A stretch of DNA of 64,000 nt from Candidatus Heimdallarchaeota archaeon. GTDB taxonomy: Archaea; Asgardarchaeota; Heimdallarchaeia; Hodarchaeales; Hodarchaeaceae. The translations under genes were made by a program, and so were the position numbers. Below are positions 57,072-64,000 of this stretch, piece after piece (position 1 is the first letter of the stretch; the number at the start of each line of letters is the position of its first letter). The stretch is taken from NCBI GenBank assembly GCA_011364965.1, contig RDOB01000003.1:336276-400275 (forward strand), given 5' to 3'. The notes under the pieces were generated by a model that had not been told where the DNA came from, ran no database searches, and worked only from the letters and a program-made list of their open reading frames with translations.

Positions 57072-57605
57072 TTACTCCATGGTTTCAATCTTTGATATTC
57101 CTTTCAAATATCTCTTTGCCAAATCAGCATACAAATCTGCAGAATAGCTAATCATTAGTTTATGCTTCTCACTAACTTCTCGAATTGCTTTAGCTGGTAC
57201 TCCTAGTATAAGAGAATTGGGTTTAAATTCTTTATTCTCTGGAATCAGAGCTCCTGCACCCACTATTGACCATTCATTGACTATAGATTTATCAGCAGTC
57301 ACCGCACCCATTCCAATAATGATGTTATTATGTATAAGAGAACCATGTATTATCGCACCGTGACCTACTGTCACATTATTGCCAATTTCACAAGTTTCGT
57401 CGACTCTCACATGAATAACGCTATTTTCTTGGATGGAAGTACGATTACCGATCCGAATAGTTCCATAATCCCCACGAATCTTTGCTCCTGGACCGATATA
57501 ACACTCATCCCCAATTATTACGTCTCCTATTACTTCTGCAGAGTCAGCTACATATGTATCTTTTCCAATAATTGGGTTACGATCCTCAAACTGATATAAC
57601 ACCAT
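57072..57605 (-). CDS. Gamma-carbonic-anhydrase-like / hexapeptide-repeat (LbH) protein
   Basis: PIIGKDTYVADSAEVIGDVIIGDECYIGPGAKIRGD...IGNRTSIQENSVIH is the typical gamma-CA/PaaY-like left-handed beta-helix pattern. Confidence 0.8.
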   Translation of the reverse strand: MVLYQFEDRNPIIGKDTYVADSAEVIGDVIIGDECYIGPGAKIRGDYGTIRIGNRTSIQENSVIHVRVDETCEIGNNVTVGHGAIIHGSLIHNNIIIGMGAVTADKSIVNEWSIVGAGALIPENKEFKPNSLILGVPAKAIREVSEKHKLMISYSADLYADLAKRYLKGISKIETME

Positions 57606-57791
57606 AAAATCACCTAATGTGAAATATTGATTTGAGGGATTTTAGTCTTTTCTGAAACCAAAATTAGATCCTGTTTTGTATTATCTTGATTTTTTGGTTA
57701 AAAAAGTAAGAATTGACATAATAAATGTATTTAATTTATGTTATTCGAAAAAAAAAGGAAGAGGGATTCCTCTCTATGAGAGGAATATTAC

Positions 57792-58775
57792 TTAAGCTTT
57801 TGATAGAGTGGAATATTTTCCACGAGACACTGCATCCAAAAAACGCACGATAAGGAAGATCTCTACAATTCCTACGCCCAATCCAAAGAAGAGAAGAACA
57901 ATTAGTACGAATCCTATCTGGAATGATACATCAGAGAAAGGATTGGACGCAAGTACAAACAACCCACCTAAGAATGTCCAAATACCTAATCCCAAGGAAT
58001 AAAACAAAATTTTTCGGTGGAAAGCGACAGTATACATCCCTAAACGAGTATCACCAAGTACTATTGCCCCTAGTCGTCGATTAAATCCAAGATAAATATT
58101 ATTAGCTTTATCGTAAACTCTTCTAGGAGCAAAAATCAAGAATTTTGTAACACCAGCAATAAAACTAACTACACCAGCAACAATTCCTGTTTCAGACACA
58201 AGAATCCATACAACTGCAAGGGCAATTCCCACTAAACCAATCCCTATGAAGAGCAATACAGGATCAGATGAAAAGATTGCAAGAATAATCTCGAAAATTC
58301 CTCGTATTATATCAACAATACCGAATCGATATATTTTATCCTCACCAGTACCAGTATCTAAACCGATTATCCAAAGAATTATCTCTAGAAAGAGAGTTAA
58401 CCACCACCCTAAGGACTCTATCAACGTATCCAAACTTAAAGATTCGAGAAATCTCTCAACAGCATCACTACCTATGAAACCAATGAATATAGCAATTATT
58501 AAACCCATGAAAACCCCAACTAAAATGAAAAATGTAGGAATGCTTTCCATAAACAAGCGTTGGTCATCTGATAAGGTATTATCTACCGATTCTTTAGATC
58601 GAGCAAACCGGAATGATCGACCAAACATCCGAAGAATCCATACATAAGGATAAAAGATTACTTTGAAAACAAACGCAATTAAATGGCCAATAGCCGCAAA
58701 TATAGCAAAAACATCTGATTTTCCAAACCCATCGCTCAGATCAAAGACATATTTCTTTTCGCTCAATTGAAGCAC
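57792..58775 (-). CDS. Polytopic membrane protein, hypothetical
   Basis: About 8 hydrophobic helices. No recognised motif. Confidence 0.45.
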   Translation of the reverse strand: MLQLSEKKYVFDLSDGFGKSDVFAIFAAIGHLIAFVFKVIFYPYVWILRMFGRSFRFARSKESVDNTLSDDQRLFMESIPTFFILVGVFMGLIIAIFIGFIGSDAVERFLESLSLDTLIESLGWWLTLFLEIILWIIGLDTGTGEDKIYRFGIVDIIRGIFEIILAIFSSDPVLLFIGIGLVGIALAVVWILVSETGIVAGVVSFIAGVTKFLIFAPRRVYDKANNIYLGFNRRLGAIVLGDTRLGMYTVAFHRKILFYSLGLGIWTFLGGLFVLASNPFSDVSFQIGFVLIVLLFFGLGVGIVEIFLIVRFLDAVSRGKYSTLSKA

Positions 58776-58983
58776 CTTTTTTGAATTTTAGAGAATTACT
58801 CACTTTGTTCTTTTAAGAATTTTTAAAGATTCCATTATTTAGATAACATCAGAGATTTCTCAATTGAAATATAGTATCTTTCATTTAATAGTTGTAAAAA
58901 ATCTTGTCTCAATTAGTTCTAGTTGGATATGAGTTTTGATTGAAAATAAAAATAACAATTTAATGCTTTTAATATGATCATAA

Positions 58984-59847
58984 ATGGAAGTTAATTATTT
59001 CTCAGATGTTAATGAATTTTATAACAGTGTTTTCCCCTTTCTAATCACTCATGAAGCGGAGAATAATTTGCTATTTGGTATCCTCAACGCTCTCAAGCAA
59101 GATATTCATACTTACAGTCCCGAGGTATCGCCTAGATTAATCATAATCTCAGAAAATGCGAAAATTGAATTAGTTTCACTTAGAACGCCCCCATACAATC
59201 AAGTAATCTCTTATACTGACAATCTAGAGACCGTTTCCATTCTTGTAGACACATTAGTACACAAAGATTCCGATATACCTGGAATTTTTGGATTTAAAGA
59301 AGGTGCGACTGAATTCGTTAAATTATGGCAAGAGAGAAGAACTACGGACGTTTCTCTTGAAATGCATGAGAGATTTCATAGATTGATCAGGGTTAATCCT
59401 AGTGCTATTGGTTCTCACTCATTAGAGATAGCAACTCAACAGGAATATAAGCTCATATCAGAATGGAATAATGAATTTCTAAAGGAAGCTCTTCCCAATT
59501 CATCAGCAAGTGAGATTGCCAGTAACCAAACACGATTGAAGCAGCTTATTCAACAACAGTCGATCTTTTTATTAAAAGCTGGAAATCAAATTCTATCAAT
59601 GGCAAGGAAATCAGGAGAAACGCCGAATGGTCAGATCATAAGTGGAGTTTATACTCCATCTGATAAAAGAAAACGAGGTTATGGTACGGAAGTGGTAGCA
59701 AAATTAAGTCAATTAGCTCTCAATGAGGGAAAGAAATTTTGCTTTTTATCGACAGACCTTGCTAATCCCACATCCAATAAAATCTATTATAATATTGGCT
59801 ACAGACCTGTAATAGATATAGATGTATGGAGATTTCATAACATCTAA
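58984..59847 (+). CDS. GNAT-family N-acetyltransferase (C-terminal GNAT core)
   Basis: The acetyl-CoA-binding region is KRKRGYGTEVVAKLSQLALNEGKKFCFLSTDLANPTSNKIYYNIGYRPV. Confidence 0.6.
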   Translation: MEVNYFSDVNEFYNSVFPFLITHEAENNLLFGILNALKQDIHTYSPEVSPRLIIISENAKIELVSLRTPPYNQVISYTDNLETVSILVDTLVHKDSDIPGIFGFKEGATEFVKLWQERRTTDVSLEMHERFHRLIRVNPSAIGSHSLEIATQQEYKLISEWNNEFLKEALPNSSASEIASNQTRLKQLIQQQSIFLLKAGNQILSMARKSGETPNGQIISGVYTPSDKRKRGYGTEVVAKLSQLALNEGKKFCFLSTDLANPTSNKIYYNIGYRPVIDIDVWRFHNI

Positions 59848-59976
59848 TAAAAAATGGATAGAGCCTGCAAGATTTTCTTTTAGATTAGCGGAGATTTTCA
59901 TTATTTGAATTGCTTTATGAACCAATCTCTAAACTAGAAAATTCGTTGGTTTAAAGCTAAATAGATTATTTTTAGG

Positions 59977-61182
59977 ATGGATTACTGGGGTCATTATATG
60001 AATATACCTCTGCTCAGTTTAGTTGGAGGGGTAATATATGTAATAGAAGTACTAATCAATGTATACTTGGTTATTTTAATCTTTAAACGATGGAAAAAAA
60101 GTAAAATCCCTGTAATTGCTGTTTTGGGAGGATTTTATGTCTTATTTTTACTTTTCATTGGAATAGAAATTTTGTTTCTTATAAGCAATTTCTTTAATGT
60201 AATAGAATTTTATTCACAAGAGAGAAACATTATTGGAACACTTTTCCCGTTTTTTGGAGGTATGTCAGGTGGTTTTTTCTTGTTATTTATTGACTATTTC
60301 GAAAACGAGAATATTTCACCAATCCATAGCTGTGTTTACGGAATCTTTATTGGTGCATTTGTCCTGAATGCTGTTTATTTATTTCTTTTTCCAGATTTCT
60401 TTACGAATCAAGCTCAAAGTGCTGATTTAACTGGTTTAGGAGGAATAATTCCTATCGTTATGAGCTTACTTCAATTTCTTTATTCAACGAATTTTCCTGC
60501 TCCTTATTTTGTATTTTATGTTCTCATTGTTACATTATTCACTCTTCAAAGGATAAAATCACTTGTAGATGATCCACAACGTAAAAAACAAATTTCGTAT
60601 CTGCAAATGACAATCTTATTTTATTATTGTAACACTGGGTTGATAATCATAGTAGTTTATCAATTACGGGGATTATTAGATCCTTCTTCTTATGTTCTTC
60701 TCCGTTATTTTGTCCCCCACTTAAGTACTATCATTGGGAGTTATTTTATCTATAAAGCTTATGTAACGGCTCCAATCGGCCTTTTACAGTTCCAAAGAAT
60801 GGAAAAGATAATGGTAATCAGCCGTACAGGATTGCTTTTATATTCCCACGACTTTGAAAACCTAAAACCTGAAAAACCTGAACGTGACGTCCTTCTCTCT
60901 GGAGGTATTTTTGCAATCCTTACGTTGTTTTCAGAAATGATCGAATCAGAAAACATTCGTATGATTACTTTCCAAAATAAACAAATCATGCTAGCCCAAA
61001 GAAAGCAATTTGTAACATTTTTAGTTGTTGATCGAATTTCAAGCTATTTATGGAGTGCTTTAGAGTCTTTCACTAATATGTTCAACTTAACTTATGATCT
61101 TGAGGAACAAAATTATACAATTGTCCCTAAAAATGTATTTGATGACGCAGATAAGCTTTTGAAGATCGCATTTGGATTTTAG
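59977..61182 (+). CDS. Polytopic membrane protein with C-terminal cytoplasmic longin/roadblock-like alpha-beta domain
   Basis: About 7 TM helices. The following domain is KIMVISRTGLLLYSHDF..LLSGGIFAILTLFSEMI..IRMITFQNKQIMLAQRKQFVTFLVVDRISS..ALESFTNMF, with the beta-beta-alpha-beta-beta-beta-alpha rhythm of longin/Roadblock domains. Confidence 0.45.
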   Translation: MDYWGHYMNIPLLSLVGGVIYVIEVLINVYLVILIFKRWKKSKIPVIAVLGGFYVLFLLFIGIEILFLISNFFNVIEFYSQERNIIGTLFPFFGGMSGGFFLLFIDYFENENISPIHSCVYGIFIGAFVLNAVYLFLFPDFFTNQAQSADLTGLGGIIPIVMSLLQFLYSTNFPAPYFVFYVLIVTLFTLQRIKSLVDDPQRKKQISYLQMTILFYYCNTGLIIIVVYQLRGLLDPSSYVLLRYFVPHLSTIIGSYFIYKAYVTAPIGLLQFQRMEKIMVISRTGLLLYSHDFENLKPEKPERDVLLSGGIFAILTLFSEMIESENIRMITFQNKQIMLAQRKQFVTFLVVDRISSYLWSALESFTNMFNLTYDLEEQNYTIVPKNVFDDADKLLKIAFGF

Positions 61183-61649
61183 TGTTCTGAGACCGCTTTT
61201 CCAATCTTGGATTCAATAACGCGAAGAGAGGGGTATTCGGAAACATCTGATATTGATAAAGCCTGCACTTCAACAATCCAGCGATTTTTATGACAAGTAA
61301 AGGTGATATTTTGATTAGAACTTTCTCTCAGGAAGTCAATATTGAATGATTCCTCTGTTTCACTTATGGATTTGAACTTATAATTGTCTTTTTGGAGATG
61401 TGAAGCTGCTAAATATTTTACATATCGACTATGTACAAAATGAAGTAGATATTCCATTTCTTGTTTTCTTTTGGGTGATAATGAAGGATTTACTGGTTTA
61501 TTTTCGAGTAACAGCGTATACCCTCGTGTCGAGTATTTAATAGACAATTTCGGGTTGTTAATCTCCTTTAGGGCCAATACTAAACTATTCTCTTCAGAGA
61601 ATAGCCCAGCTCGTTCAGTACGCGGTTCTAATTGTATTTTATAACCCAT
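61179..61649 (-). CDS. Hypothetical protein
   Basis: A 156-aa ORF, convergent with the previous gene and overlapping it by 4 nt. No motif recognised. Confidence 0.35.
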   Translation of the reverse strand: MGYKIQLEPRTERAGLFSEENSLVLALKEINNPKLSIKYSTRGYTLLLENKPVNPSLSPKRKQEMEYLLHFVHSRYVKYLAASHLQKDNYKFKSISETEESFNIDFLRESSNQNITFTCHKNRWIVEVQALSISDVSEYPSLRVIESKIGKAVSEH

Positions 61650-61710
61650 TTGATATCAGGAGTAGATAATTACCTGAATGATAAAAGGATTGGGTTAAGA
61701 GTTAAATTAG

Positions 61711-62652
61711 TCATATTTTCAAAGGATCTCTGCTATTTTTTAAACAAAGAGTTATCAAGTCATCAATCCTAGCTATTCCCACGCACATCACAGTATCTGC
61801 ACCACCCCAATAAATTTTAACACTTCCGTCTGCCTCTGGTACAGCAGCACAGGAAAAAACAACATTATGGACATAGCCAGTAATTTCCCAAGGGTCTTCA
61901 GGTTGCAGAATCCATTGATCACCTACACCCAAGATTTTAGCAGGATCTTCTAAATCGTGAAGTGCCACACCTAGTCGATAAATACTCCCATCCATGGTTG
62001 GAAAAACACCATGATATATACTAAGCCATCCTTTCTCTGTACGAAACGGAACAGCACCTGGACCAATCTTCATTTCATCCCAATGATAAGGAACGGGTTT
62101 CATTACCACGCGAGAATGTCCCCAATATTGAAGATCAGGAGAATAGCTTATCCAAATTGACCAAGGACTAATATCTGAATGTGGTCTATCGAGACGAACA
62201 TATTGGTTCTTTATTTTTTCTGGAAATATTACGGTATTTCTATAATCTGCTTGTGTTATAAGAGCAACACGCTCAATATGAATAAAATCAGTAGTTTGTG
62301 CCAATCCAATGCGTACTCCATTCCGAGAATATGCACTATAGGTTATATAGAATTTACCGTCTAAAGGAGTTATTCTTGGATCTTCAACTCCAAACTCTTC
62401 ATATTCAGCAAAGATTCCATCGGAAGAAGGAATCAAAAAGGGTTTGTCTCTTGGGTGAAATTTAAAGCCATCGCTACTTTCGGCAATACCGATAATAGAC
62501 CTACCAGTTCGAAGATGAGAGCGAAATAGCATTATATATCGATTTTCAAACTTAACCACTCCCGCATTATGCACAGTTTCAACTTGATACGGAATATCGT
62601 ATTTTGTGAGAATAGGATTCCCTTTATAGCGTTCGATATAATCTTTTCTCAT
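61711..62652 (-). CDS. Glycoside hydrolase family 130 protein (beta-mannoside phosphorylase/hydrolase-like)
   Basis: YKGNPILT, VHNAGVVKFENRYIMLFR, IGIAESSDGFKF, FGVEDPRIT and YITYSAYS..GVRIGLAQTTDF are typical GH130 blocks. Confidence 0.8.
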   Translation of the reverse strand: MRKDYIERYKGNPILTKYDIPYQVETVHNAGVVKFENRYIMLFRSHLRTGRSIIGIAESSDGFKFHPRDKPFLIPSSDGIFAEYEEFGVEDPRITPLDGKFYITYSAYSRNGVRIGLAQTTDFIHIERVALITQADYRNTVIFPEKIKNQYVRLDRPHSDISPWSIWISYSPDLQYWGHSRVVMKPVPYHWDEMKIGPGAVPFRTEKGWLSIYHGVFPTMDGSIYRLGVALHDLEDPAKILGVGDQWILQPEDPWEITGYVHNVVFSCAAVPEADGSVKIYWGGADTVMCVGIARIDDLITLCLKNSRDPLKI

Positions 62653-62791
62653 CTCTAATCCTCAATAAAACTATGGAAGCAATGTAAAATTGTATGCTGT
62701 TATTTATTCCTAGACTGAAATAATTTTCTCATAAGATAAAATAACTGAAATTTCTCTAGACATTAGAAGAGTAAGAATTAAAAGAAATTAA

Positions 62792-63316
62792 ATGCCAATG
62801 ATTAAAAGGGAAGAAGAAGATACATTTCACATGCCAATAGTTAAAGTCCAGCAAACATTCTTATCATTTGCTCATAACTACAAACTCTTCAACCATCCAA
62901 ATGGATCTGAAATGGGAATTGCTAGAGGAAAAGTCTTTAAAATCCGACCCAGTTATATTGTATCTCGTTCAGATGGATCTAAGTGGTTTAAAATTCAGCG
63001 GAATTTATTCAAAACAAAGTACACTATAAAAGACGCTCAAGGTAAATATCTAGGACATTATCAAACTCCTTTTTCCATTTTATTCAAGAAAACGCTCAAA
63101 TTAATCAAAAATAAGGTGGAATACCCCGCGAAAGGAAGTTTTTGGGCATTGGATTTCGAAGTTCATTCCTCAAATGGTCAAAGGCTACTTAAAGTAAGTA
63201 AAAAACTCCTACAAATCAGAGATAGCTTTCTCGTGGAATATGCAGACGGATTTGACCAAAGACTTGCGATTTCAGCAGCAATCGTAGCTGATGACCGTTA
63301 TCATCCAGCTAAGTAA
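62792..63316 (+). CDS. LURP-one-related (LOR)/scramblase-like tubby-C-terminal-fold protein
   Basis: Repeated beta-hairpin pattern (KYTIKDAQGKYLGHY, FEVHSSNGQRLLKVSKK) and a terminal RDSFLVEYADGFDQRLAISAAIVADD, like the LOR-family C-terminus. Confidence 0.5.
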   Translation: MPMIKREEEDTFHMPIVKVQQTFLSFAHNYKLFNHPNGSEMGIARGKVFKIRPSYIVSRSDGSKWFKIQRNLFKTKYTIKDAQGKYLGHYQTPFSILFKKTLKLIKNKVEYPAKGSFWALDFEVHSSNGQRLLKVSKKLLQIRDSFLVEYADGFDQRLAISAAIVADDRYHPAK

Positions 63317-63383
63317 TCCGAACGAGTTGTATTTTTTTATTTCCTTCTCTCTCCAAATGAAATTTAATGAGTTTTAGGGATAG

Positions 63384-63923
63384 TTAAAGACGACGAGAGA
63401 TACGAGAACCGAAATAATACCCAATAACCAGCTCGAGTAACTGATTCATAAGAATAATCCATTCAGATGAAAATGTGAGAGCAAAAACTGGTATAACAAC
63501 ATCCATAGAACATACGAGTATTACAACGGTTAAGATCACCGCTGCTTGTAAATGACCCATGAGCGCTTTAAAATCAAAGCTAGAAGGTGTTGGTTTCTTA
63601 ATTCGAGCGGAAATAAAAAGTGTAACTTCCTTAACTAGCACACCTAAAGAAAACCCAATAATTGTAATCAATACTGTAAGGAGAAAAGAAGGTATTTCAT
63701 TTCTTCCTAATAATGTTAGAACAATTGCAACGCCAGTAATCAGAGCTAGACTTACGCGAACCGTTGCAGTAGGAAGAAACAGGGGGGAATGAGATTTTAT
63801 AAGTTCTTGGGAACGGGGGGCAAGAGGTTGAACTGTTGCTCGCGAAGAATAATAGAAAGCAACTGCAACAATAAAAACGTTTCTTAAAGAGTTTGGAATC
63901 TGATCAGGAAAGAATAATGCCAA
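63384..63923 (-). CDS. Small polytopic membrane protein, hypothetical
   Basis: About 4-5 hydrophobic helices. TTG start. The hydrophobic in-frame sequence continues upstream to a TAG near 63970, so the true start is uncertain. Confidence 0.4.
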   Translation of the reverse strand: MALFFPDQIPNSLRNVFIVAVAFYYSSRATVQPLAPRSQELIKSHSPLFLPTATVRVSLALITGVAIVLTLLGRNEIPSFLLTVLITIIGFSLGVLVKEVTLFISARIKKPTPSSFDFKALMGHLQAAVILTVVILVCSMDVVIPVFALTFSSEWIILMNQLLELVIGYYFGSRISRRL

Positions 63924-64000
63924 GAATAGTGTTGTTAAAGCAATTGATATAGTTAAAATTGCCCGAACACTACCTAGAGGTAAATTTAAAGGAGTGAATT

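Overview
This is an AT-rich archaeal chromosomal segment with about 55 protein-coding genes. I found no rRNA, tRNA, CRISPR array, transposase or integrase.

The gene content is archaeal: RadA, an XPD-type Fe-S helicase, family-B DNA polymerase, archaeal type II GAPDH and Lrp/AsnC regulators. A Rab-like small GTPase beside a tandem Roadblock/LC7 protein, plus a membrane protein with a longin/roadblock-like domain, makes an Asgard (Loki-like) origin plausible. That origin is an inference, not something I could demonstrate.

Main blocks:
- **1-3.3 kb:** a large surface-protein gene that runs off the left edge and is missing from the ORF track.
- **3.5-13.8 kb:** a DNA-repair neighbourhood. It holds RadA, XPD, a Hef/FANCM/XPF-like protein with all catalytic motifs degenerate, a nuclease-fold protein, and an MrfA/Hrq1-like helicase with a DUF1998 domain.
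- **13.9-18.0 kb:** a same-strand LuxE-like / LuxC-like / Cys-rich / HEAT-repeat cluster.
- **20-31 kb and 38-42.7 kb:** surface proteins, a dolichol-kinase-family gene and two GT-C-like membrane proteins.
- **33.7-35.7 kb:** a wHTH / coiled-coil-wHTH / ParA cassette with palindromes and a structured spacer.
- **42.9-47.6 kb:** a divergent RtcB-like / GalT-HIT-like pair, then two paralogous wHTH genes and GAPDH.
- **47.8-50.1 kb:** a small-GTPase module.
- **50-64 kb:** housekeeping genes (inositol-1-phosphate synthase, acylphosphatase, PolB, gamma-CA-like, GNAT, GH130).

All functional calls rest on motifs I recognised by eye. No database search was run.
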